DNA of 64,000 nt from Anthoceros angustus (Eukaryota > Plantae > Anthocerotophyta), in contig MU008161.1 in assembly GCA_010909165.1 (NCBI GenBank), positions 930,001 to 994,000 of the forward strand. Reading direction: 5' to 3'. Below are positions 35,101 through 48,560 of this stretch, one piece after another; positions within the stretch are counted from its first letter, which is position 1; every line of letters begins with the position of its first letter. Under the pieces are notes generated by a model, which ran no database searches, was not told the DNA's origin, and saw only the letters and a program-made list of their open reading frames with translations. Both the position numbers and the translations under genes were made by a program.

Positions 35101-36319
35101 TGGACAGCTTTAACGTGGACTCCCATACTCTCTTTTCCGCAATTGCCTCCTCGCAACATCTCTCCCCTCGGCCCTCGTCGTAGCTTCGTCATCCGTGGCT
35201 CTGACGCATCCTTGGCCTTCTCTATGAACTTTGGGAGCTCTTGGCCCCTCTCGGACATCATGTGCCATTCGTTGCTTGCGCGCACTTGTTGACCTTCCCA
35301 CCCGCCGTCCTCCACGCGATTGGGCCTCTCAATCCCTTCCCTCTTTTCCTCGATTGTCTACATATGGCGGCTTGAACCCTTCGCGTGCCATGGGACCAAA
35401 TCCCGGTCCGTTGCATCCACCTCGCCCCATCGTCATCTTCCACGTCTTCGTCGTCGGGGCGGATATGATCCACGGCCTGGGCCATCGGCGAATGCCATCG
35501 CCAAACCCCTCATTGTCCTGGTCCCCACCCGCATCCTCATCTTCGTCTTCGTCGGCTAGAGAGGTTAGGGTGACATCATCGCTGACCATGGGCTAGGAAA
35601 AACCAGCGGCTAGTGTGGGCGGACTGCTTGGACTCGAAGCCGGACGTCCGTGGCTGCAACCCCTCTTACCGGGCTTTCATTTCGCAAACTAGTTCAAACG
35701 TGTCCCGCGAATTATATTTTGTGCCACCACCTTTTGTTGCGGTTTCACTTGGCGCAGATCATGCATATCGATGGCGGTTGCCAGCGACACACTGCGGCGG
35801 ATGGATTTACTGATCCCATTAGGGCACTAGGAGTTGCCATTTGATTTCCACTCGGCGGATGCCATGCTAGGGGCCTTCTCGCAGCAGATGCCCTTTCGAT
35901 GTAAGCAATGCATCATCCGCACACCTTCTAAACATTCGGTGCAAAGCCTTGTGGAAGACACGATGTCCATCACCGTGTCGCAATGCCTCCAAAAGTTCTT
36001 GCCTTTTCCTCTGGTTGTACGCCACAATGTCAAAGTTCTTCACCGCAACCTTGTATACTCTAATCCATTGCGGGTCGACGAAGAGGCTCCTTGTGCTTGA
36101 GCGGATCGGCAATATAGCGTACACACTCATCCTTCATGGTGCGTGAAAACAAGCGCTCCGCACATTTCTTTTGGCTGGTGTGGTTCGCATCATCCTCCAT
36201 CGACACATACAAGAAGAGCAAGTCTTGATTGGGTCGCTGTTGCACTGTCCAACTTCTCTTTGTAATGTCAAATGGCGAGATCATCTTGTACATCTGGTGG
36301 ATTAAGTCAATATCGGACC

Positions 36320-36569
36320 TGATGAAATAGGTCTAGCTTAGGGCACTATTCATTAGGGCCTCATTACTTAAACATTAATTTAGAGCTAGGGCTTTAGGTA
36401 GTTAGTTGTTACAACAACTTATAGTTGCAACAACTTATGGTTGCAACTTCTTATGGTTACAACAACATATTGTTGTAACCACCCCCACCTATTTAAAGGC
36501 TTGTACTTTACTCATTAATCAATTCATTCCATTGTTTCTCTTCTATCTAAGAGCTATTGATTCTCATCA
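36320..36569 (+). repeat. 5' LTR of copia 1 (250 bp)
   Basis: About 5-6 differences from 44160-44408 by eye. Confidence 0.97.
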
Positions 36570-39500
36570 TGGTATCGAGCATTTAGCTCTTTGTGCTTGA
36601 GCACCTCGCTTCCTTATGCTCTAGGCAATTTACTCTCCAATGCTTTTGCGTTTGTAGTACTTCAAATGAAGATAATGCGTGGAGATTTCGCCTTAGCGAA
36701 TCATCCGGTGACCAGCGCAATGATGCACACATTGTGCATCAATTTCTTATGCTCTTCATGGATTCCTTTAATCCAAGCAGAGAATTTAGGAGGAAGATCA
36801 AGGCTTCAAAGAAGAAGAAACAACATCAAATCAAATCTTCTTACATTCGGAGGAGTTTGACCTCAATTCTCCTCGATTGATGTTTTAGAGGCACAAGTAT
36901 GTTGTCTCATTGAAGCCCTTTTGTCTAAGTCGAGATAGAGTACAAGATATCATTTATGCTCGTAAAGCTCTCCTTTCTACATTTAGCCTTTATCAATATA
37001 GTGCTATAGAGTCGCCATCTCTAAGTACATAAAAATAAGGCTAGTATCTTCGCTCCTAATCCGGATCATCAGCAATCTCTTGATTCCATTAGAGCGTAAC
37101 TTAGAATAAATCACTCGCTATCAATGAGAAATTGACTTACAATACACAACAAATCAATATTATCTCGATAGACTTGTTGACCGAGACCTTTCACAAGGTC
37201 TCTTCTCACTTGATTGTAAGTCTGCAGATTCGATTATGATGCGAAATTCATAATTTGAAGAAATGTTGTACTGCTGCGCCTCTTTCCGCAAAACAATGCA
37301 AGAAGGCGTGTCAACCACGGCATAACCTGCATCATTAAAATTACTTGCAATGGTGGGGTCGGACGATCTCGACGTGGATATTGATGACTGCAGAGCAAAA
37401 TTTTGGCGCCCAAAAGACCAAATGGCTTGAAGAACAACAATCTATATGGCGAGATGAATGGGAGCAATTTAAAAGGGAAGAAAAGGAGAAAGCTAAAAGC
37501 GTAATGAATCCAAGCCTCAAGTGATTCAAGGTGACAACTTTAAAGACAAAGATAGATTCAACGGCAGTACGATGTGGCAACACCGTGCCCAAGGTGTCTC
37601 CGCGCGACTTATGGAATATTGTCAGCAGTGCGGAAGAATGTTCCACTTGGGACTCCGACTTATAGATGAATGGGAAGCCAAAGATCGGAGGCACGTTTTA
37701 ATGAACGGACTTACAAGCGATGGTACTCCAAGTTGCGCAAAACACCAGTAGAGATGTGGGAGAAGTTAGCTCGACTTTATGCCTCCAAAGATGGAATGAG
37801 CTTATTGACGCCACACGTCACTTATATACTATAAGGATGAAGGAGGCGATTCCTTACAACAACACTTGAGCAACTTCCGTATTGCAAAGAATAATTTCAA
37901 TGCATCCTCAAGAAAACTTACGGAGAAACAAACTTTTATTGCTCTCCTCGCTTGCCGCCCTCCTATAGGCCCTTTGTGACAACGCAAAATGCGGTCCTTA
38001 GAGCTGCACAAAAGCAGAAATTAACGGCTCCACAACGGATATCGGTAAGTGAATTAATTGGAGCACTTATTGAGGAGGACGCAAGCCGTCAAATGAAAAT
38101 CCCGATCAGCCCGCCCAGTAATGTACACGGGGCCGGCGAAGGGGAGGGCGTGGCCGAGGCGCGGAAACTTCCCTAGGCGACTCACTCAAAATTTTCAAGG
38201 ACCATCCACTTCTTCATTTAAACCTTCAAAAGGCATGAAGAAGGCTGGAGTTACCGCAATTGGTGCAAGATGACCAACCATATGGAGAAGGATTGTTGGA
38301 AGAAGAAAAATGGTGAGCCAAAGAAGGAGGTCACCAGAGCACATGTTGCCGTTAAGAAGAAGCCCTCCACGGCAACTCCATCACTTCGCTTGGCAAGTTC
38401 CAAGCCATCAAACCAAAATTGGTATTTAGACAGTGGTGCAACATCTCATATATGTCACGACATTAACTCTTTTGAGTCGTATTCGCCATCAAAAGGACAA
38501 CAAACAGTGCTCCTAGGCGACGACCATAACCTCACCATATTTGGTGTAGGTTCCGTGGCATTAAAGTGCTCCACCGGGCAGGTGCTTACTCTCTCCCATG
38601 TCCTTTATGTACCCTCCATGTGCAAGAATCTAGTGTCAGCCGCTAGTTTATGTCAAGAACATAACATGCAAATTATCCTTGAAGCCGATTTGTGTCTCCT
38701 TTACTATCATACTAATAAGTATCACACAATGCTCGGCACACTAGAAGATGGACTCTATAAACTCTCGGTCAAGTGGGTCCGTTACACCTCATCAATGTAG
38801 CCTCCCATTCCACTCTTCAAGCACCATGCTTTGGCCTCGTTTAGGTCATCCGAATAGCCAAAAGCTTATCCAAATGTCTAAGGAAACTGTATAGAACTCC
38901 TGTATTCCTAAACTTGAACCTCTCCCTGGTGAAGCTTGCGTCATAACCAAACGTCATCAAGCTCCATTCCACAATCCATCCCTCGGAGGGCTAAGGCACC
39001 CTTAGAGTTGGTTCACACGGACATTTGTGGTCCGATATCGCACCTTCATTTAGTGGTTGTAGATATTTTTAACCTTCATCGATGATTATTCGGTTCGTCC
39101 TCACCTACATCCTCCGCCATAAGAGTCGCCTTTTCTTTCTTCAAAGAATATATGATGTGGGCGAGAGACTTCTGCGAAGCTTAAAACTCTTCGCTCCGAT
39201 AATGGAGGAGAGTTCACTTCAATGAATTTGCTGAATTTTGCCTTGAAGGTATAGCGCAACAACTTAGTGTGGTACACACCTCAAAAAATGGCGTGGCGAG
39301 AAAACAAAATTTACGCCTCCAGAGATCACGCTGTTTGCTCACCCAAGCTACATTATCTAAAAGTTATTGGGTGAAGCTATATTGACAACATATCTCCTTA
39401 ATAGACCGCCACTTCCGTCAAGGCATGACTCCATATGAAGCTTTTCGAGAAAACCTTCATTGATCATTTACGAATCTTGGATCCCCATGTGTTCATCCCC

Positions 39501-42500
39501 AAAGTACAACGCAAGAAGTCTGGATCCCAAGGCAAATATACCTTTATTGGCTACACAGAAGGCATTAAGGGTTACAAGTTATTTGACCCATCTACCCGAA
39601 AGCTCATTTATGCCAGGAGCGTGACCTTTCATGAATCTCATATTCTTTCTCCTATTATGGGGGCATCTGCTCCCATTACTCCTGATGCCCCTTCCTCTGC
39701 GCATCCGGAGCCTTCCACTTTGATGACGATGATTTTGTCATCATACATTCACTCCCTCCGCAGCAAGCTCCTATGGTTGAACCTCTGTTGCAGGAGGAGG
39801 AGGAGGAGTTAGAATATATTCCAAGACGACCAACTACACCAGATCCTGATTTAGAAGAACCTCAACATTTAACTGATGATGAAATCGACTATGATGTTGA
39901 AATTCGTGAGGAGGATCGTATTCCTTTCGAGGATGAACTCGACGACGAGCCAGAACAAGAGCCTGCGTTACCTGCACAGGAACCAGCTCAACAAGTGGTC
40001 GACATTGAAGAACACATTCAACAACCTGCACCAAGGTACAATCTTAGGACTAGACCCGCTGTTGCAGGACCTGCTGGATGGAAGGAACCACCTTTGGGAT
40101 ATCTTGTCACTTCTGATGACCCCATTTCTCCTCTCACACCTTATTATCAAGCTGTTTACAAAGCCACAGTTGATCCAGAGGAACCGCTAACCTTGAAACA
40201 AGCATTTTCCTCTCCGAGAAAGACACATGGAAGGTAGCGAGATTGATACAACTCTTTAGTAGAAAACTCCACATGGGAATTAGTTAAACCACCCAAAGGG
40301 AGAAAAATAGTGGGAAGTAAATGGGTATTTAAAATCAAACGTAAGGGTGATGGTTCTATTGAGCGATATAAGGCAAGGCTGGTAGCCAGAGGGTTTACCC
40401 AGATACCGGGTTTAGATTACATACCCTGGGCTACCTATGCACCAGTAGCAAAGTTTGCCTCCCTCAGAATTATAATAGCCTTGTCCGCTCAACATGACTT
40501 ACATCTTCACATGATGGACGTCAAAACTGCCTATCTGCATGGCCGAATCCAAGAAGAAATATACATGAGACAACCTGAAGGCTATGAAGTCAAAGGTAAA
40601 GAAGACCATGTATGCAGGCTCATTAAAGGCATTTATGGCCTTAAGCAATCGAGCAAGGAATGGAATAATGATATACATGACAAGCTTACAAAATATGGTT
40701 TTGTTCAAAGCAAAGCAGATGCTAGCATGTATATCCCCAAGACTAAAGCATACACAATTTACCTCTTACTATATGTGGATGACTTATTTTTAGCTTCATC
40801 TTCACTCTCCCATCTAGTGAAATTAAAGCATGGTTGAGAAGTCATTATGAAAATGACGGACACAGGAGACCTTAGTTATGCCCTTGGCGTTAACATTATA
40901 AGAAATAGAGGTAATAAATCCATTTCCTTGGTTCAAACAAAATATATAAAAGAAAGCTTAAAGAAGTTTGGACTAGAAGATGCTAAGCCGGCACACCATT
41001 TCCAAGTGGCACAAGGCTTCTGAGATATGAGCCCTAAAAGCAGATCTGAGAGAAAGCGAAATGTCAGCAGTACCATACGGACATCTTTGTTGGCACCTTA
41101 ATATATTTAAGTAACTTCACAAGACCCGATATATCTTTTGAAGTTAGTGCGATCTCACAATTTTTGAGAATCACGGAACACAACATTGGCAATGTGTCAA
41201 GAGAATATTCAGGTATTTAAAAGGGACTATGCACAGGATTGATGTATAAACATGTTCCCGGCATATCTAAGTTACAATTAAACTTATCTTGATGCCGACT
41301 ATCTTGGAGATCCCGATAGCCGCAAATCAGATCCGGCTATGCATTCGCTAGGAGGTGCACCCATTTCATGGTCAAGTAAGAAACAACCAACCATTGCTTT
41401 GTCAGACAGTCGAGTATAGGGTCCTCACCTCGTCTCCAAGGATATAGTGAGTAGGTTAGCATTGAGTGAGTTGAATTATCCCCAAGATGGACCTACACCT
41501 CTCTACGGTGACGTGGGGCTATTGCCTTAGCTAGGAACCCTTTTCCACTCGAACTAAACATATAGCGATCAGTATCATTACATACGGAAATGTTAGAAAA
41601 TAAAACAATAGATATCAATTATATACCAACTCAAAACAACCCAGCTGACCTTTTAACCAAGTCATTAGGAAGAGATTTGCATTTAAAACACATGAAAATG
41701 TTAGGAGTACAAGAGGTTAAGCCACTAGCTAGTGGGTATTTTCCAATTTTACAATCCACAAAGTTTATCTAGCATGTTTATTTCCTCTTCTATTTCCAAG
41801 TAATCATCATGTACTCCTTCTCTTCTCTCTCTCTAATGCCCAAAAGGACCTACAAAACACTCCATGGGTTACGGGAAGAAAAATGGTGTTGAGTTAGTCA
41901 TTCGAGTTAGGTCACTTACTATACAAGTGCTTGGTGTGTCCTTCGTACTCTTCACATGGATATGCACCTAACCACATCATTTTTATCCCTTTTCTCACAT
42001 ACATATTCCATGGGGACTTCGTGGTCGTCCTTTCCTCCGGAAGCACCATGTATGTTGCTGCATAGGTTTCAATGGCAAATAGGAGTTTGGTATTTTCCTT
42101 TTTGTTTTGTTATAGGTTGTAGAGGTAGGGCAAACCTCACATGGCTTGTGCCTACCCTTTCTCCACATCGCAAAATAGATGTAGATTAGCTTATCATTAG
42201 CATAGGTTACACTAGTTACTAGCCCCTAACTATAGGTTTTACACCTACTCACTTTTCTTTTCCCTAGCCCCTACTTCTCCTATGTCGGCTAGCATATGCT
42301 CTCCACTTGGGCTGCCCTCACACTGACTGGGGCCTCCTCTCTGTTTATGGAGTCCCACTCCTCGACTCTTCTTCTATGTTGAAGTCGTCATACCAGGACA
42401 CTCAGGATACAGCTCCAGGCCCTCGGTAGTTGGATTATCTACATCAACAATCATTAGTATTTTTATGCAATCAAATTATTTATTGCAATTTATTTTGCAT

Positions 42501-42659
42501 TATTGGCTTACCAGCCCCTCGACTTCTTTGATGACAACATCGGTTTTCCGGTGCTTGTACCACCAAGACGTCATCTCTCCATCGGCCATTTCTCCACTGT
42601 TTTACCTCGGCACATGCTTGCGAATTCATAAGAGAAATTAGGATCTTCCATGTCCTTTC

Positions 42660-43620
42660 CTATATTACGGCCGGGGCCCGACATGGGATCTCTTCACCCG
42701 TGCAAGTGCATCTCTATACCACAAGATGCACAGGCGGCTTCCGCTCAATATATCCTTTCTCCACGGCAAGTTTTCTTCTTCTTCTTGCTATCGGTTTGCT
42801 CTTTTCATTTTCTTATGGCCTCGTCCTTTGGAGCATGGGGGGCACGGCCTTCCTCCGCACGAGGACCTGCCACCACATTAGGTATATTAGTCGTATTCAA
42901 ACATGCAAGAGATATGAAAAATGCACAATTGAACAATGGAAAAATATGAGGAAAATGTGCAATGGCAAATGGACATGGAATCTCACCCGTTATGAGTCGC
43001 GTCATATTATCTGCAACAATATGCATACACAAGACAATCATGCGTGCTGGAGCAACATCAGCGGGTTCACATCAAGGAGCGCAAATCCATCTGCATTTTT
43101 ATGCAGGAGGGAGCGCACCACAAAACCCGCGTCCCGAGGCCGCCAATTACGGCCGGGGCCCGACATCGGATCTCTTCACCCGTGCAAGTGCTTCTCTATA
43201 CCACAAGATGCACAGGCGGCTTCCTCAATTTTCCTTTCTCCACGCGCAAGTTTTCTTCTTCTTCTTGCTATGGTTTGCTCTTTTCATTTTCTTATGGCCT
43301 CGTCCTTTGGAGCATGGGGGCCGGCCTCCTCCACACGAGGACCGCCACCACATTAGGTATATTAGTCGGTATTCAAACATGCAAGAGATATGAAAATGCA
43401 CAATTGAACAATGGAAAAATATGAGGAAAATGTGCAATGGCAAATGGACATGGAATCTCACCCGTTGCGTCATATTATAATGCAACAATACGAGACACAT
43501 CACAGCAACAATCATGCGTGTCACAGGAGCAACGCATGAGTTCACATCAGCGCAAATCCATACGCATTTTTATGCGGAGGGAGCGCACCACAAAACCCGC
43601 AGCGTCCGGCGAGCGGCCAA
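42660..43620. repeat. ~480-bp tandem duplication in the 3' non-coding region of copia 1
   Basis: attacggccggggcccgacat...cacaaaacccgc begins at ~42664 and again at ~43146. Confidence 0.9.
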
Positions 43621-44159
43621 TTCACGAGTGCGGCGCGGGCGCGGGCGTAGCGGCGCCCGGGCGCGCGGCGCGGCGCAGCGGCGGCAGCGCGCGATGCGCG
43701 GCGGCAGCGGCGGCGCGCGATGCGCGGCGGCAGCTCGATGTGCGCGAGGCGCGTGCGAGGAGGAGGAGGCCACAATCGGCTATCCTCCACACCCCGCCTT
43801 CGGGCGGCTGCGGAAATTATGGCCGTCACGTGCCTCGTCGGTGGCCGGGGGCGGCCGATTTAGGATAAGCCGTGTGGGCTTATCCATTTAAAGTTTTTGG
43901 GCCTTTTTTCGGGCCCCTGATTTATTTATTTATTTTAGGCCTCTCTTTTAAGCCTATTTGGAGCTATTATTTGTCAACCTTATTCTGGTGAATATTTTGG
44001 TGGACATATTAAGTTTTCTATTTCAGGCTTACTTATTCATCAAGCGACTTAAGTTAGCATTTTCTTAGGCTTATAACTTTTGATTAAGTGGGAGTCTATC
44101 TATGATTTAGACATCATTTTGAAGCTAGAATTCACCCCTACATTCATAGTGAGTGGGAG

Positions 44160-44408
44160 TGATGAAATAGGTCTAGCTTAAGGCACTATTCATTAGGGCC
44201 TCATTACTTAAACATTAATTTAGAGCTAGGGCTTTAGGTAGTTAGTTGTTACAACAACTTATAGTTGCAACAACTTATGGTTGCAACTACTTATGGTTAC
44301 AACAACATATTGTTGTAACCACCCAGCCTATTTAAAGGCTTGTACTTTACTCATTAATTAATTCATTCCATTGTTTCTCTTCTATCTAAGAGCTATTGAT
44401 TCTCATCA
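44160..44408 (+). repeat. 3' LTR of copia 1 (249 bp)
   Basis: TGATGAAATAG...TTCTCATCA followed by GGACC. Confidence 0.97.
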
Positions 44409-46299
44409 GGACCGCTTGTAAGGACTCTGGAAAGATGCCTTGGTCGGCGGGGATGCTCTTGTGGAAAGACCGCATCGGTGGCGATTTGAGTTGTCCTTGG
44501 AGTCAGGTGAGTGCAGGCTCGTCGCCTCGTTCAAGGCACATGAGTCTGTTCCTTAGTCGCGCCTTTTTTTCTCCAGGCGTCCTGCGATTTGTTGGAGTCA
44601 TTCTTCGCTTGAGCCCTTGGAGCCATTACATGCAACTATGAAAGAAGTGAGATCACGAAGTGTTTAGATTGTTAAAAGGCGATACTGCATGAGCGCAACT
44701 TCTCGAAACAGGGGCGATCGTGAGCGGGAGTTGGAGTTGATGCTCACAGACGACTAGCCCACTGCTGCACCTCGAAACAGCAATTGCAGCTGGCGATGAG
44801 GAGGTCGGCGGTGTCACGATATCTGCATGCCCGGCCGATGGACAAAGTGCGGTGTGTGTGAGAACGACCCGTTTTCTCCGGTCGGCAATCTCTTGCTTTT
44901 CCCGCCCACACATAAGCTAGATGGAAATACACATCTTCCCGCCAAAGCGAGAATGAATCTATACCATCCAGAAAGGGGAAGGTGGGGTCGTTGTGCCGTC
45001 ATGAAGGAAGACACAGGGCAAGGCAGGCTCTGTAATCAAGCAACTCCTTAAATGCTTTGTCGCCGGCGACCGTGTTTTGCCATTGTCCCGGCTAATGTGG
45101 CAAATGCAAATTTGAGCATATTCTAAGGTATATGCTAGTTATGCCACGGCTAAAATTGTGTTCAGCGGTGGCATAACGTTGGGCACCTAGAGTGATTCAG
45201 CATCCACCGACTAGCGGTGTACCACCGCGTTTCCTACCGCAAAGTGGGCACCTCGACTTCATTAGCATTTAGTGCGAAGGCTTATTTCGCACAGCCCGTA
45301 TCGAGTCTTGCGCATCCACTTCTCATCCACCTTGCGCATCCCTCCTCCTCCCTGACGCCACGCCCCTCGTGTGAGCAATGGCCAATGACAGCGGCGTGTT
45401 CGATTTTGCAAATTTCGGGCGGCGGGTCGGATGCATGTCATTACCGAACCGGGTGGCCATGAGTCTGACGACTCAATTGTTGATCTCGGCGGGCGGATGC
45501 CGCACAACCGCGTCGTAGTTTTAGAGGATGATTCACGAGGCTATGGCGGCGTCGGCGGGCATAGTCCTTGAAGAGACACGGTGGCAGACTTCACAACGGT
45601 GGAAGCGATGGCGATGTGCGTGTTCCGAGATATGGAGAGCGGAGGATATGGTTGCCGATGGGGACCTTTTCATGCGATCCGGTGCGATGCGGGCGGAGAG
45701 GATCGCACAAGAGGAGCTCGTGCGACGTTTAACCGGATGTCCGGTGCTCGGCCGACCGCGCGGCGAGGCCGTGTGCCACCACGAGGCGGCACGGCACCAT
45801 CCATCCGGACTTCTTGGATCACCGATGGCGGCGCATCGCGAAGATGTACCTCGGCGCATTTGGGCGAAACCCGGATAACACCGGACGCCCTGCCGGACAA
45901 GGTCGGCCCCTCCGGCGGATCGTGGGCGGGTCCAGAATACTATCGAGAATGTGCTACACCGTGGGAACCGGCAAGACTACGATGTGGAGTGTTGCGAGTC
46001 TCCGGACTTTGGTGAGAAGATCCACATTGTTGATTTTGGGCTTGGCTTGGAAACAATATCGCACGCGGGTGATGGCGGAGTTGCAATCTTGGGAGTCGTC
46101 AAGAGCTAATGTGGTCCGTGGTCCCGGATCTTTGTTTGGTGATTGTGATGCCATCCAGCTTGGAGTTGCACGAGATGATGCCTCGCGCACATCCAAAGGT
46201 GAGGATCTGCGTGCAACAGCCGCGCGTTAGCGTAAAGTACCTCCGGCCGAGCTAGAATGGATTTGGTCTTAGAGAAGCATTGTTCAGGCCAAGTTGTGC

Positions 46300-48560
46300 G
46301 CCGATTTAAAGCGGCATTGTTGTGACAAAAATGTTTAGGCGTGTTGGCCATTCAAATTGAAGGTGATTCGTAGCATTCTTCCGCATGACAAAAGGAGGCG
46401 AGGCGCATTTGCAAGACCATCTGGATCGATCGAAGACGAAGGAGTTGTTGCCCATAGTATGGATAAACCGGATTCCACATGGGAAGAAAGCAGTGTGTGT
46501 GAGGGCTTTACGGGTTTTCGCATTGGGTCACTAAGATACAAGAATCGCAAACCAGGTAGTGAAAAATGTTAGATGGACCGTAGGCTACGGTCAAAGCAGC
46601 CAACGCCATATGGATTACACGTCATGTGGATGGACGTTTTCTTCAAAGGTCATGCGGAAAGGCGAATCGGAAGTCTTCAACTTGCGACTCGTACGAAGAG
46701 GAGATCTTCATTGAGTATGCCAGCGGCGGAAATTGTGCTCCACGTTTATTCTGACTACTTTTGCAAGCTTTGGATGAAGTATTTCCATTAAAATACTGCA
46801 ATACCGGTTTTCGATCAGATGCGATGACCTAAAGAGGAAAATAAAAGGCGGTCGGATCACGTACAAGGTGAGATGGCGGTCCTTATTCCAGTGTCACGGA
46901 TGTCCCGAACTTTGGCGCAACCCCATGGCCTCATACCCTTTTCTTGCGAATGAAGGCGGGGCTTGAAACAAACCGTGTGCACATTCGACGCCCTTATTGT
47001 TGCGTGTGCGGACAAGAATGTGGCTCGAGACTCCACAGAGAACAACAACGAAGGCGAAAATGGCGCGGCACAAGTGCTTGGGCGGCTAAGTTCATTGGTA
47101 TTGCCATAGATGGTATGGACCAAAAAAGCAGTTGCCCCATTACAGATTGCCAAAGACGGTTGATTCCGGAGCCCTTGTCGGGCTTCACGTTCTAGGTGTC
47201 TGGTGTTCAACTACTTGGTGCGCACAGTGTATTTGAGTTTCCGAATGTGAGAAATGATCCGAAGATGTAGCCGTGATTCAAGATGTTATCAATACAGGAG
47301 GCCGCTCCCCTATTCTATACTTGCGGATGGACAACACACTGCTCAAAACAAGAATCGGAGGTATTGGCATATCATCCATGCTTGTGGCGAAGGTATCTTC
47401 AAAAATCAAGGTGGGGTTTCTTCTTGTTGGCCATACCCACGATCGATTGACCAAATGTTTTCGAGGTTCTCGGTTGTGCTAGGGTTGAAGGATGCTTTCA
47501 CATTGCGAAAATGATAGGGTTCTTTGGAGCGGGCGTACACCCCATCACCGCAGATTCACATATCAAGGAGGTGCGGACTTCAAGACCTATCTATGGCCGA
47601 AGGGGATCTGCCGCAACGTATGACTTGCATAATCACGATTTTCAACACCGGTTCAAAATAACAAGGAGAAGTCGCTATCGGAGAGGGCGTGGCGTGCTAA
47701 GATGCAAGGAGTTTTCAAGTTCGATCACCGTCACCGGAGGGTGGTGTGCGCTATTACGTTCGGTGCCACCACGGGTGATTGTGGCGCTCCATTGTTGCCG
47801 TTGGTCCCATCACATGCCCAAGGTAAAGGAAAGGGACATGCAAAGCGGAAGGATGCCCCGATGTCCGTGTCGATGACGATAGTCTCAAGCGATGGCGGTA
47901 GTGGTAGTGTAGTGGCGGAGTCCATGAAGTAAAAGCGGGCCTAGAACGCACCAGGCGACATATGAATGTGGAGCAACTAGCATGGTGGGATACGTTGGAT
48001 GAGCAGTAGCAATAGCCGAGAGACTAGCGGTGGCATTCCATTCCGTTGGAGAGAATGGTCTTGGTACACTCGCGATGAAGAAAACGAGGTACCACAGACC
48101 CTCCAGACTCAACTTTGGTTGATCCCGCAATGGCAGACGGATTTTTGGACATGGTGGAGGTGTACAGGGCACATCAGTGCGGAGGGAGGGCAAGGCGAGG
48201 CTCGGTCGAGGTTGTGTGAAGGAGATTGAGGAGGGAATGATGGTTGCTGTCCAAGCTGGGGATGATCCAGGCAGACCATTCTGGCTCGCAAAAGTGGTGG
48301 AGGTGGACCATGATCGGGTCCCTTTCATGATAGTTCATTGGTGGCGGACGAGAGAACAATGATGCATTCGAGGGAAGGTACATGGAGGAGTTTGTGATCT
48401 GAGCGCCCACCGTGTCGAGGGAAAAAGTGCGGCGATCAAAGAATGGAGGCGAGGGCGTCGGGAGAAGCATTTGCAAAGCCTCAACTTCCGAGACAAATGT
48501 GCTGGCCTATGATTTGTGACAAGGAACAAGGCGTTGCGAGGGCGACAATGAAGCGATAAA
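46300..48560 (+). pseudogene. Sola-type DDD/E transposase (probably Sola2-like), frameshifted, with a C-terminal Tudor/BAH-like module
   Basis: YFCKLWMKYF...RCDDLKRKIK (46750-46850); IAIDGMDQK (47109-47126); LYLRMDN + AQNKNRRY (47315-47365); VGFLLVGHTHD + IDQMFSRFS (47410-47470); GMMVAVQAGDDPGRPFWLAKVVEVD...VHWW (48230-48350). The 5' start may lie near 45500. Confidence 0.75.

Larger units (their letters stand above)
36320..44408 (+). mobile_element. Full-length Ty1/copia LTR retrotransposon (8089 bp), frameshifted gag-pol
   Basis: LTRs 36320-36569 and 44160-44408 (TG...CA). Perfect 5-bp TSD GGACC. PBS TGGTATCGAGC (tRNA-iMet-like) at 36570; PPT AGTGAGTGGGAG. Zn knuckle near 38255, protease WYLDSGATSHIC, integrase LELVHTDICGP, RT KARLVARGFTQ and LYVDDL, RNase H NPADLLTKSL. 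Confidence 0.97.
33100..44626 (-). pseudogene. Full extent of the putative ParB-MTase ORF, interrupted by the copia at 36320-44408
   Basis: Removing the copia and one GGACC joins 44414 to 36319 in an open frame (PPTKASFQSPYKRSDIDLIHQMYKMISPFDI). Candidate ATG (MAPRAQAK) at 44626. An acidic linker at ~35450-35590 precedes the ParB domain. Confidence 0.55.

Noticed and set aside
46855-46900. Chromodomain-like TYKVRWRS
   Set aside because: It falls within the transposase region, and the rest of a chromodomain is missing.
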